From Nitrospirota bacterium (lineage in GTDB: Bacteria > Nitrospirota > UBA9217), in the NCBI GenBank assembly GCA_963840455.1, contig CAWIYV010000007.1:128001-192000 (forward strand): a stretch of 64,000 bases of DNA. The letters are read 5' to 3'. Positions 10,598-19,982 of this stretch are shown here, in pieces (the stretch's first letter is position 1; every line of letters begins with the position of its first letter). Both the position numbers and the translations under genes were made by a program. The notes beneath the pieces were generated by a model. The model ran no database searches and had not been told where the DNA came from. It saw only the letters and a list, made by a program, of their open reading frames with translations.

Positions 10598-11608
10598 CTA
10601 CTGGATGCCGTTGGCCTTCCAGTAGCCGCGGACCTTGTCCTTCAGCGACTTCGGCAGGGGAACGTAGACCAGCTCCTTCGCCTTGGCATCGCCGTTCTGG
10701 AAGGACCAGTCAAAGAACTTCACAACCTTTTTGTTGCTGTCCGTCTTCTCCTTTGCCAGCAGGATGAACGTGGCGCCGGCGATCGGCCAGGCGTTCTTGC
10801 CCGGTGCGTTGGTCAGCCAGAGGTAGAAGTCCTGTTTCGGGTCGAAGGTGCCGGTCTCGGCAGCGTTCTCGAAGCTCTCGAAGTTCGGCTCCACGAAGGC
10901 GCCGGCCTTGTTCCTCAACTTCGTATGCACCATCCTGTTCTGCTTGGCATAGGCGAATTCCACATACCCGATGGAGTTTGGCGTCTTGATCACATAGTTC
11001 GCGACGCCTTCGTTCCCCTTGCCGCCGATGCCGACCGGCCAGCTGACCGAGGTGCCGCTACCGACCTTGTCCTTCCAGGCCGTACAGACGCCGTTCAGGT
11101 AGTCCGTGAAGATGGCCGTGGTGCCCGAGCCGTCGGAGCGGTGCACCACGGTGATGTCAGCGTCCGGCAGTTTCAGGACCGCGTTCATGGCCGCGATCTG
11201 CTTGTCATTCCACTTCTTGATGTCGCCCAGGAATATCCTGCAGGCCGTGTCTCCGTCGAGCTTCAGTTCTCCGGCCTTGATGCCCGGGACATTGACGACG
11301 AACACGACGCCGCCGACCACAGCCGGGAACTGCAGGAGCTTGCCCTTGGCCAGTTCCTCCGGGGTGAGCGGTTTGTCCGAGGCGCCGAAGTGCACGGTCC
11401 TCTCGGTGATCTGTTTGATCCCGCCGCCCGAGCCGATGGACTGGTAGTTGAGCTGCATGCCGCTCACCTTGCTGTATTCGAAGGCCCAGGCCGAATAGAC
11501 CGGGTAGGGGAAGGTGGCCCCGGCGCCGTTTAGGGTCTCCGCTGCCCGGCTTGCGGTCGCGTACAGGATTATCAGCGTCACGAGCAACGTCAGTACGATC
11601 TTCTTCAT
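10598..11608 (-). CDS. pstS: Phosphate-binding periplasmic protein
   Basis: GAGATFP, GSGGG, FGASD, RSDGSGTT, GKGNEGV; ATG 11608 follows GGAGGAG; signal peptide. Confidence 0.96.
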   Translation of the reverse strand: MKKIVLTLLVTLIILYATASRAAETLNGAGATFPYPVYSAWAFEYSKVSGMQLNYQSIGSGGGIKQITERTVHFGASDKPLTPEELAKGKLLQFPAVVGGVVFVVNVPGIKAGELKLDGDTACRIFLGDIKKWNDKQIAAMNAVLKLPDADITVVHRSDGSGTTAIFTDYLNGVCTAWKDKVGSGTSVSWPVGIGGKGNEGVANYVIKTPNSIGYVEFAYAKQNRMVHTKLRNKAGAFVEPNFESFENAAETGTFDPKQDFYLWLTNAPGKNAWPIAGATFILLAKEKTDSNKKVVKFFDWSFQNGDAKAKELVYVPLPKSLKDKVRGYWKANGIQ

Positions 11609-11644
11609 GGGTATATCTCCTCCTTTGAATTTTATCATGGATTC

Positions 11645-11700
11645 TTTATAACGGAGGATTATTACAGGAATGTTACAGGACCGTGAAAACACGGTTACAG
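11645..11700 (-). promoter_or_regulatory. Pho box (four 11-bp units) and -10 element of the pstS promoter
   Basis: Minus strand CTGTAACCGTG TTTTCACGGTC CTGTAACATTC CTGTAATAATC ctccgt TATAAA; matches the PhoB CTGTCA(T/C)-N4 tandem consensus. Confidence 0.85.
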
Positions 11701-11981
11701 ACACGGACAAGCACCTTCGGCCTTTCCCGGAGAAAAAGTGAAAGGAATTGAAACGGTTTCGGCTGGGGCGCAAAGGCTTGCGCACGAATAGTGATGGCCG
11801 CAAAGAAAGCAGGCTGACTGTACGGAGCCCAGTCCTCCCGGGAAACATACGACAGGGGGACGATAGAACCGACACGGTGTCGCGGAGACGTCAAGGGACG
11901 ATGCTGTCCTGCCTTGCGCTTCCTGCTGCTGAACAGACATTCCCCTTGCTCCTGCCCTGCATTTCCCGTAATATCGTTGTT

Positions 11982-12680
11982 ATGGAGCTCAAGAGCCGGA
12001 TCCTCGTGGTGGACGATGAGCAGGACATCCTGCAGCTCGTCACCTACAACCTGAAGAAGGAAGGATACCTGGTGGAGGAGGCGCATACCGGGGACGCGGC
12101 GCTCCGGATGGTGCGCGAGCGGCCCTACCAGCTGATCCTGCTGGACCTCATGCTGCCTGGGCTCTCAGGCATGGAGCTCTGCCGCATCTTCAAGAACGAT
12201 CAAGGGACCGCCCACATCCCCATCATCATGCTGACCGCGCGGTCCGAGGAGATGGACAAGGTGATGGGCCTCGAGACGGGCGCCGACGACTACATCACCA
12301 AGCCCTTCAGCGTCCGCGAGCTCATGGCCCGCGTCAAGAGCGTGCTTCGCCGCGTTGGAGGAACCCTCGCGGGCAGGAAAGTGCTCCGCGCCGGCGGCAT
12401 CGAGGTTGACCTCGAGCGCCACCGCGTCAAGGCCGGGGAGCAGGTCGTGGACCTCTCCCCGACCGAGTTCCGCCTGCTCCGCTTCCTGATGGAGCGGAAA
12501 GGCAAGGTCTTCAGCCGCGACCAGATCCTTGACGCGGTCTGGAAGGGCGAGTCCTTCGTCGAGTCCCGCACGGTTGACGTGCACATCCGGCGGCTCCGTG
12601 CGGAACTGGACAAGGCCGGTGTGGGCAGCGCAGTCGAGACCGTGCGGGGCGTAGGCTACCGGTTCAGCGACGAGGGATGA
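11982..12680 (+). CDS. phoB: Phosphate regulon response regulator (OmpR family)
   Basis: REC domain (VVDDE, LLDLMLP, GADDYITKPF) plus winged helix (RTVDVHIRRLR, TVRGVGY); divergent from pstS. Confidence 0.88.
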   Translation: MELKSRILVVDDEQDILQLVTYNLKKEGYLVEEAHTGDAALRMVRERPYQLILLDLMLPGLSGMELCRIFKNDQGTAHIPIIMLTARSEEMDKVMGLETGADDYITKPFSVRELMARVKSVLRRVGGTLAGRKVLRAGGIEVDLERHRVKAGEQVVDLSPTEFRLLRFLMERKGKVFSRDQILDAVWKGESFVESRTVDVHIRRLRAELDKAGVGSAVETVRGVGYRFSDEG

Positions 12681-12953
12681 ATCCAGGAGCGAGCGCTTAG
12701 CGAGCGATTAGGATAAAGACATTACCCTGAGGATCGAAGCGCCATGCAGTATTCTGTAGGGGGCTTCAATCCAGGAGCGAGCGCTTAGCGAGCGATTAGG
12801 ATAAAGACATTACCCTGAGGATCGAAGCGCCATGCAGTATTCTGTAGGGGGCTTCAATCCAGGGGCGAGCGCTTAGCGAGCGATTAGGATAAAGACATTA
12901 CTCTGAGGATCGAAGCGCCATGCAGTATTCTGTAGGGAGCTTCAATCCAGGAG
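12680..12953 (+). repeat. Tandem array of three 88-bp units plus a 10-nt partial, derived from an IS200/IS605-end-like miniature element
   Basis: Units start at 12680, 12768, 12856 and (partial) 12944; units 1 and 2 are identical and unit 3 has three substitutions; homologous to 21037-21154 and 53546-53662. Confidence 0.93.
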
Positions 12954-13152
12954 AGAATGCATTCCCTTCAGCGTGCTGAATGTTGCTTTAATGCTCGCAT
13001 CAAAATGTCAGGATGACCGATAGCACCTATCTGTTTCTTCCCCACATCACTCCTCTCTTCTCTCTCTCGCAAAGAGCAGCGAAATTGTGTTATAGTATTT
13101 CCAGTGCGCGCAACGCTACGCTGTCTCAAATAGCCTTCCCGCGAGGTGGTCC

Positions 13153-13722
13153 ATGAACCGTGTCATCGAATCCATCAGAAAACGAAGGTCCATACGTGCC
13201 TATGACGCGAAGCCCGTGCCGCGGGAACTGGTGAACACGGTCATCGAGGCTGGGAACGAGGCGCCATCGGCCATGAACAGCCAGCCCTGGAGGTTCGTGG
13301 TGGCCGAGGACCCGGCGGTGAAGAGGAAGCTGCTCGGCGCGGCCCTGCCGCAGGCAAAGAAGATCACTGAGCAGGTGAAGGACGTGGATCCGGAGCGGTA
13401 TGTGATGATCAAGAAACGCTACGCGGAGCTGCCGGACCCGGTCTACTACTCTGCGCCCACGGTCATCTTTGTCATCGGCAACGGACGGTACGCAGCGCAC
13501 TCCTGCCCGCTGGCGTGCGAGAACATGATGCTCGCGGCCCATTCGCTCGGCCTCGGAAGCTGCTGGGTCGGTTTCGGCGCCATGGTGACCGAGGACGGTT
13601 CGGTGCGGAAGCTTCTGGACCTGCAGGAAGGGGACGCGATCTTCGGCCCCATCCTGCTCGGCTATCCGAAGGGCGAGGCCATGCGGCCGCCGAAGAAGGA
13701 ACCGAAGGTGATGTGGCTCTGA
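13153..13722 (+). CDS. Nitroreductase family flavoprotein
   Basis: RRSIRAY, APSAMNSQPWRF, ENMMLAAHSLGLGSCWVG, LGYP. Confidence 0.92.
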   Translation: MNRVIESIRKRRSIRAYDAKPVPRELVNTVIEAGNEAPSAMNSQPWRFVVAEDPAVKRKLLGAALPQAKKITEQVKDVDPERYVMIKKRYAELPDPVYYSAPTVIFVIGNGRYAAHSCPLACENMMLAAHSLGLGSCWVGFGAMVTEDGSVRKLLDLQEGDAIFGPILLGYPKGEAMRPPKKEPKVMWL

Positions 13723-13822
13723 CCCTGGGGCAGAGCCTTAGGGTCAAATGCCTCATACAGTGAAAAAATAATCCTACCGCCAAGACGCCAGGGACCCGCA
13801 GTATCCGGCCGTATGTATCGAT

Positions 13823-14986
13823 ATGAAAAAAGACGCGACGACTATATTCGGGCCCCGGATGACCGCCCGGAAGGACCTCCAGCCCACGCCGGAAGAGCTG
13901 GACGCCTTCCTAGAGCAGATGAAGAAGCAGGGCACCCTGATGCCGCTTGTCAAGGGCCTTGCCAGGCTCCGGCTCTTGCTGATCGATATCGATGCCTTCG
14001 AACAGCGACGCAGGTTGGACCCCGGGCAGCAGGACCTCCATGATCGCATGGTGTTCGGCATCCTTCTGCATACGCGCTTCATCAACGAAGATCTCCTGCA
14101 GGCCGTGACCCTGTTCCACTATCACCTCCGCGCGCTGGCGTCGCTGGATCTCGAAAGCCCCGTTGAGTTCATCGTCGCAGCGGAGCGGACGATGAAGAAA
14201 CTGAACAGGAAGAAGATCGACCACGCGCTCAGGATGGTGCGGCTTACGGAAATGATCGAAGAGCGAAAGAAGATGATCGCCGGCATCGAGGCCCGGAGGG
14301 CCCAATTGAGCGCCGAGCTCCGGAGCATTGCCTGGTATGTACAGGACAATCTGGTCGCGACGGAGATGCTTTGCCGGAAGTCGATCGTCATTCTTGTCGA
14401 GATCGGTCTGGAAAAACAGAAAGAAAGTGAATTGATCGAGGCCATCAGGAAGCAGTTCAAAAAAGAGCTCAGTGCATCCCTTGGTGTCCGCCAACTCACC
14501 ACAGACGCTGTGGCAAAGGCGAAGCACGTGGTCGATCGGCTGACGCACAAGCTGTCAAGGCTGATCCGGGACGATGTGTACCATTTATCGCAATTATATG
14601 AGGTGATCCATGACCGCATGCAGGTCGCGGCGAAGGAACTCGGCGGTTTCCTGACCGGAGCGGCGTGCGTGCAGGGCAATAAGAGACAGGACAGCATTGA
14701 GCTCTTTCAGCGGATCGGGGAGGTCCTCGTCTCGCTCATTACCGACTATCCCCGGGAGCTGAAGCCATACAAGTCCGCTGTGGACACGACGACCAACGCG
14801 CTCGTTCTGGAAAAAAGACGCGAAATGGTAGATCATCTGCTCGAGCAGGTCGGGATCGAGCGGAGGAGGAGGTCGGATCGCAGAACAACGCCGGACCGGA
14901 GAAAGCGCCAGGACCCGGATTACCGGGGGTCAGAGCGGAGGGTCCTTCGGGACCGGCGGACTCGGGCAGGACGCAGGGGGTCGTGA
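13823..14986 (+). CDS. Hypothetical alpha-helical protein with a C-terminal ERR/DRR repeat tail
   Basis: 387-aa ORF rich in L/E/K; tail ERRRRSDRRTTPDRRKRQDPDYRGSERRVLRDRR. Confidence 0.7.
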   Translation: MKKDATTIFGPRMTARKDLQPTPEELDAFLEQMKKQGTLMPLVKGLARLRLLLIDIDAFEQRRRLDPGQQDLHDRMVFGILLHTRFINEDLLQAVTLFHYHLRALASLDLESPVEFIVAAERTMKKLNRKKIDHALRMVRLTEMIEERKKMIAGIEARRAQLSAELRSIAWYVQDNLVATEMLCRKSIVILVEIGLEKQKESELIEAIRKQFKKELSASLGVRQLTTDAVAKAKHVVDRLTHKLSRLIRDDVYHLSQLYEVIHDRMQVAAKELGGFLTGAACVQGNKRQDSIELFQRIGEVLVSLITDYPRELKPYKSAVDTTTNALVLEKRREMVDHLLEQVGIERRRRSDRRTTPDRRKRQDPDYRGSERRVLRDRRTRAGRRGS

Positions 14987-15046
14987 CCGGCTGTTGGAGT
15001 TTCTTTTTCATTGCTCAAATGCTTGTCGGGAAACAGAGGTGCTGTA

Positions 15047-15583
15047 ATGACGAAACGGTCCCTTCCCTTGTCCAGGGTCTATGGCCTGCTCGAACCGGGG
15101 CCGGTCGTGATGCTTACGACTGCCGGCAGGGGGCAGGCGAACATCATGACCATGTCGTGGCACACCATGATGGAGTTCGAGCCGCCGCTGGTCGGCTGCG
15201 TGATCAGCAACCGGAACTACACCTTTGGCATCCTGAAGAAGACGGGGGAGTGCGTGATCAACATCCCGACCAGGGAGCTGGTGAAAGAGGCCGTCGGCTG
15301 CGGGAACACCTCGGGCCGGACGATCGACAAGTTCAAGGCCTTCCACCTCACGCCGACAGCTGCCACAGTCGTCAAGGCGCCGCTTATCGACGAGTGCTAT
15401 GCCAATCTTGAATGCAGGGTCGTTGATGCGAGCATGGTACACAAATACAATTTCTTTATCCTTGAGGTGCTCAAGGCGTGGATCGACCCGTCAAAGAAGG
15501 ACCCCAGGACGATCCATCATCGCGGCAAGGGCATGTTCATGATCGGCGGAAAGACGATCAAACTACCTTCCAAGATGAAGTAA
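15047..15583 (+). CDS. Flavin reductase-like FMN-binding protein
   Basis: LLEPGPVV, NIMTMSW, GCGNTSG, DKF, APLIDECYANLEC, TIHHRG; GAGG precedes ATG 15047. Confidence 0.88.
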   Translation: MTKRSLPLSRVYGLLEPGPVVMLTTAGRGQANIMTMSWHTMMEFEPPLVGCVISNRNYTFGILKKTGECVINIPTRELVKEAVGCGNTSGRTIDKFKAFHLTPTAATVVKAPLIDECYANLECRVVDASMVHKYNFFILEVLKAWIDPSKKDPRTIHHRGKGMFMIGGKTIKLPSKMK

Positions 15584-15616
15584 TTTCACTCCTGAGCAGT
15601 ACAAGGAAGGCTGGCC

Positions 15617-15994
15617 ATGACGTCCCGGAAAAGACATCGTCTTGCAGCTGCGCTGGCGCTGGCAATAGGGTTGATGACCATCGTCGAAGGGGGGAGCGTC
15701 CTGCTCGGCATTGAGACCAAGCCGTACCACGTCCTTCCCTGGCTACTTCGCTATAACGTAGTAATGGGCTTCCTATCTCTGGCAGCGGGCATCGGCATGT
15801 GGATGGAGAAGAACTGGGCTGGAGTGCTTGCGAGGACGATCCTTGTCTGCCACGGGGCGGTCTTTCTTACGCTCGTTGGTATGCAGCTGCTCGGAAAGAG
15901 CGTGGCTATGAACAGCATCGGGGCGATGCTGTTCCGGACAGGGATATGGATCGGGATCAACTTCATGATCAGAGGGAAGGAAGAGAAGGGATAG
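15617..15994 (+). CDS. Small four-TM membrane protein
   Basis: Four hydrophobic segments; AAGGAAGG RBS. Confidence 0.7.
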   Translation: MTSRKRHRLAAALALAIGLMTIVEGGSVLLGIETKPYHVLPWLLRYNVVMGFLSLAAGIGMWMEKNWAGVLARTILVCHGAVFLTLVGMQLLGKSVAMNSIGAMLFRTGIWIGINFMIRGKEEKG

Positions 15995-16183
15995 TATTCC
16001 AGGATTCCAGGCCTAACCCCGGACAACCTAAATAAAAATGTCGGAAGCGATGATAGAAAACTTCCGACGTCGAGGGAGGCTGATAGATCGGACCCGCGAG
16101 TATGGAGAGGCTGTCAGCCTATAAAGCCGATGTACCCCAATGCTTCACGACTCATTCACGGCGGATGAGAGAGGTTTGCACGA

Positions 16184-16531
16184 ATGAATGAGCAGGAGAT
16201 CGAACAGATCAGGCAAAAGCTCCTTTGTCTTCGAGCCGAGCTTCTCACTTTTGAAGGATCATCGAGAGAGGCGACCCAGCCGGCGGAACTTGATCAAGAC
16301 GGCATGGGCAGCCTTTCGCGCAGGGCTGCCATGCACATGCAGCAAAAGGCCCAGGAAGGCGCCATGCGGCGCAAGCGTCAACTCCAGAAAATTGACGGCG
16401 CTTTGCGTCGTATAGAAACCGGAGAATACGGCAGGTGTTTTATATGCGAGGAGAAAATTGATGCTTGCAGTCTTTCCAATGACCCGACAAGCACTCGCTG
16501 CGTGAACTGTGTCGAAAGCTCGTCGTCCTGA
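16184..16531 (+). CDS. TraR/DksA-family C4 zinc-finger protein
   Basis: Coiled coil followed by ALRRIETGEYGRCFICEEKI...TRCVNC. Confidence 0.85.
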   Translation: MNEQEIEQIRQKLLCLRAELLTFEGSSREATQPAELDQDGMGSLSRRAAMHMQQKAQEGAMRRKRQLQKIDGALRRIETGEYGRCFICEEKIDACSLSNDPTSTRCVNCVESSSS

Positions 16532-16943
16532 CTAGGAAGCCATTAGGGCCAGGTCTTGCGGTTTGACCTTTTGCTTTACGAGTTTATCTTCCGGTTCAAG
16601 GACGCATCCCTCGTTCGATCATCGGATGCAGAGGCTTGCGCGCGGATCGTGATTGCCGCAAGGAAAGCAGGCTGGCGTTACGGGGTCTAGACCGCGCAGC
16701 TCCGACGGGAAATGGGGAGGGCATCGTAAAGGTCGCAGTGTTGAAGTCCGAGGACGGAACGGCTGCGTGGTGGTGTTTCTTAAAGAGCGATAAGCCGCCG
16801 GGAAACGACAGGAAGGCGCCGGGGTCAGTCCTTGATCCCGGATTTTATTTTTTTATGATTGTGTCGACAGGGGAGAACGTGAGGATTCAAACTACGTTCA
16901 TGCCAAGGGAACATCGGGATCTCTTCCGCAACATGTTCTCTTA

Positions 16944-18704
16944 TCAAGAGACAAATATCCTTACCTTTATCCCTTTCCCATAGGTACTTTCGATCCGCAT
17001 ATCCCATCCATGGGCTTTGACCAAGTGCTTCACGATAGCGAGGCCCAGCCCTGTGCCGCCCATGGTGCGCGAACGGGCCGGGTCAACGCGGTAGAAGCGC
17101 TCTCCAAGCCGGGCCAGATGCTTCTCCGGCACGCCGATCCCCGTGTCCTGCACGAACAGGCTGGTCCTGCCGCCCATTTCCTCGATCCCGAACGCCACCG
17201 ATCCCTTTTCCGTGAACTTGATCGCGTTGTCCACGAGGTTGGTCATGATCTGGATCAGCCGGTCCCGGTCTGCCTGGAGCATGCCTGCGTCCGGGGGGAC
17301 GGACACGTTCAGCGCGAGGCCTTTCTTCTCCGCCTTGTTCCGGAGCAGGGCCGTGACCGCTTCCGCCACGTCCCCGAAGGCAACATCTGTCTTCTCGACT
17401 GCGATCGCGCCCAGCTCGATCTTCGAGATGGTCATGAGGTCGTCGACAAGGCTGTTGATGCGCTCGCTGTTGGCCTTGATGGTCGCGACGAACTCCCTGC
17501 CGTGCTCCCGGTCCTCCAGCGCGCCTTCGAGCAGGGTCTCGGCGAATCCCTGAATGGCAGTAATGGGCGTCTTGAGCTCGTGTGACACGTTGGCCACGAA
17601 ATCCTTCCGCATCTGTTCGAGCTTCTTGAGCTGCGTGATGTCATGGAGCGCGATGACAACGCCCCGGTAGCGGTCCTCGCGCATGGACTCCTGCAGGATG
17701 GGAAGGGCAGTGGCGTAGACATGGAGCTGCCGGGGAAGGGCGATGTCGATCTCTGCCGATGCCGGGCGATGCTGCTCGTGCGCCTCGCGCACGATGTCGG
17801 CCAGCTGGTGATTGCGCACCACCTCGAGGAACGGCTTGCCGCTGATGTCCCCGCCCGTGCCGAACATTTCGTGGAAGGCCCGGTTCGCCAGATCGACCTT
17901 GCCGGCCTGGTTGAGCAGCAGGACCCCGTCGGATATGCCGAGGAGGGCGGTCTCGAACCTCGCCTTCTCGTCGTGAAGCGATTTGACCTCGCTCTGGAGC
18001 GACAGGGACATGTTGTTCAGGCTGCCCGCGATCTCCTCGTACTCACCGGACTCCGGCAGGAACAGGCGTCGTCCCAGGCCGCCCTGTGCGATCGAGGTGG
18101 CGAAATCGCGGACCTGCAGGGTGAGCCGGCGCAGTCGCTCGATCTGCCAGAAAACGACGAGGCCCATGACCGCAAGAACGGCGACGACCACAACGATGAT
18201 GCTCATGCGCATCCGCCGGATCGAGGCGTTGACGTCGCTTAAGCTGACGCTCAACCGAATGAAGCCCTGCGGCCGATCGTCCCGGACGATCTTCTTTGCC
18301 ACGTACAGGAGGTCGGTCTTCAGGGTGTTGCTCGTGCGGATGTCCATGCCGCTCCCCGTGAGGTCGGCCTGCTCGATCTCGAGGCGGCCGCGGTGGTTCT
18401 CCATGGTCGAGGAAGCATGGTCGGAATCACCGAGTACCCTGCCGTCCGCCGCAATGATCGTGACGCGCGCATGCGCGACCGACTTCAACTCGGAGGCGAG
18501 GTCGTCGAGCGGGGAGGATGAAGTGAACTGTACTTCGCGCGCGATCAGTTCAGCATGAACCTCCAGCGAGTCACGGAGCGAATGGATCGCGTTCTCGTGA
18601 ACAGACCGCGTAACCGACAGCTCAATGACGAGCACGGAGACAGCCAGGATGGCGGCGAAGAGCAGGAACATCTTTTTAAAAAGACCAGGTTTCATGACGA
18701 TCAC
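16944..18704 (-). CDS. phoR: Phosphate regulon sensor kinase (TM-HAMP-PAS-HisKA-HATPase)
   Basis: MENHRGRLE periplasmic motif, FVANVSHELKTP, ERFYRVDPARSR, GGTGLGLAIVKH. Confidence 0.85.
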   Translation of the reverse strand: MIVMKPGLFKKMFLLFAAILAVSVLVIELSVTRSVHENAIHSLRDSLEVHAELIAREVQFTSSSPLDDLASELKSVAHARVTIIAADGRVLGDSDHASSTMENHRGRLEIEQADLTGSGMDIRTSNTLKTDLLYVAKKIVRDDRPQGFIRLSVSLSDVNASIRRMRMSIIVVVVAVLAVMGLVVFWQIERLRRLTLQVRDFATSIAQGGLGRRLFLPESGEYEEIAGSLNNMSLSLQSEVKSLHDEKARFETALLGISDGVLLLNQAGKVDLANRAFHEMFGTGGDISGKPFLEVVRNHQLADIVREAHEQHRPASAEIDIALPRQLHVYATALPILQESMREDRYRGVVIALHDITQLKKLEQMRKDFVANVSHELKTPITAIQGFAETLLEGALEDREHGREFVATIKANSERINSLVDDLMTISKIELGAIAVEKTDVAFGDVAEAVTALLRNKAEKKGLALNVSVPPDAGMLQADRDRLIQIMTNLVDNAIKFTEKGSVAFGIEEMGGRTSLFVQDTGIGVPEKHLARLGERFYRVDPARSRTMGGTGLGLAIVKHLVKAHGWDMRIESTYGKGIKVRIFVS

Positions 18705-18762
18705 GGATCATTATACCATAAACCGCGGCACAATCCTCTCCTAGCTGTGGTAAACTAAAACC

Positions 18763-19965
18763 ATGATCGTCATCGAGCCATACAGGGGGAAGCCCGTCAC
18801 AGAGCAGCGTGTGGAGATCGTTGAACGAAAGGGCACGGGCCACCCGGACTACCTCTGCGATTCCATGATGGAGGCGGTCTCCATCGCATTGTCCCGGGAA
18901 TATATGAAGAAGTTCGGGGCAATCCTGCACCACAACATCGACAAGGGACTCCTGGCCGCGGGCCGGGTCGAGAAGCTGTTCGGCGGCGGGAGCGTGCTCG
19001 CTCCCATGGAGCTGAACATCGGCGACCGGGCAACCTTCGAGGCCGGAGGAACGAAGGTGCCAGTCGTTGACATCGCGGTCGCCGCGGTGAAGGGATGGCT
19101 CAAAAAGAACATGCGGTTCGTGGACCCGGACAAACATCTGCGATACCGTGTGCTGCTGTCACAGGGATCGGAGGAATTGACCGATATCTTCGCCCGCTCA
19201 GGGAAGATATTGGGCGCGAATGACACCTCGGCAGCGGTCGGGTATTACCCCTTAAGTCCCACCGAGGAGGCGGTGCTGTCGCTCGAGCGCCACTTGAACT
19301 CGAAGGCGTTCAAGAACAAGTATCCCGAGACCGGCGAGGACATCAAGGTGATGGGGCTCAGGACCGGCAGGGACCTGGACCTGACCGTGGCCATGCCGCT
19401 TGTCTCCCGCTTCGTCTGGAACGAAAAAAGCTACTTCGAGCGCAAAGAAGTGCTTCAGAAAGAGATGAAGAGCTACGTACGCAGGTTCGAGGAATTCAGT
19501 AAGGTCCTGGTCCACTTCAACACGCTCGATGAACCGGGCCGGGGCCTGAACGGCGTGTACCTGAGCCTGCTCGGCACGTCGGCCGAGGACGCGGACTCGG
19601 GGCAGGTTGGCCGGGGCAACCGCGTGAACGGCCTCATCTCGCTCAACCGGCCCATGGGGACCGAGGCGGCGGCAGGCAAGAACCCGGTGAGCCACGTCGG
19701 CAAGATCTACAACGTACTGACGCACCGCATCGCGAAGAAACTGTATGAGAACATCAAAGGCTGTCGGGAGGTGTATGTCCTGATGCTCAGCCGGATCGGC
19801 ACGCCAATCAACGAGCCGCAGGTCGCGACCGCCCAGGTCCTGCTGGAGAAGGGGAGACGGGTCAGCGATATTGCCAAAAGGGCCGAGGAGATCATCGGCC
19901 GGGAGCTCGGGTCCATAAATAAATTTTGCATGGAATTGAGCAGGGGGAAGTATCCGATCTGCTGA
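18763..19965 (+). CDS. mat: S-adenosylmethionine synthetase, archaeal type
   Basis: VEIVERKGTGHPD, LHHNIDK, GANDTS, GEDIKVMG, DSGQVGRGNRVNG, AAGKNPVSHVGKIYN: archaeal MAT motifs rather than bacterial MetK. Confidence 0.9.
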   Translation: MIVIEPYRGKPVTEQRVEIVERKGTGHPDYLCDSMMEAVSIALSREYMKKFGAILHHNIDKGLLAAGRVEKLFGGGSVLAPMELNIGDRATFEAGGTKVPVVDIAVAAVKGWLKKNMRFVDPDKHLRYRVLLSQGSEELTDIFARSGKILGANDTSAAVGYYPLSPTEEAVLSLERHLNSKAFKNKYPETGEDIKVMGLRTGRDLDLTVAMPLVSRFVWNEKSYFERKEVLQKEMKSYVRRFEEFSKVLVHFNTLDEPGRGLNGVYLSLLGTSAEDADSGQVGRGNRVNGLISLNRPMGTEAAAGKNPVSHVGKIYNVLTHRIAKKLYENIKGCREVYVLMLSRIGTPINEPQVATAQVLLEKGRRVSDIAKRAEEIIGRELGSINKFCMELSRGKYPIC

Positions 19966-19982
19966 AGTGAAGGGAGGGAAAT

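Noticed and set aside
12680-12953. Possible CRISPR array
   Set aside because: The 88-bp units are contiguous and near-identical along their whole length, with no unique spacers and no cas genes in the window.
16008-16568. Possible inverted ends (ccaggcctaaccc / gggccaggtcttg) flanking the DksA-like gene
   Set aside because: Only about 9 of 13 positions match, too weak to call a mobile element.
16636-16983. 115-aa plus-strand ORF
   Set aside because: TTG start without RBS, overlaps the phoR 3' end, and has no recognisable domain.
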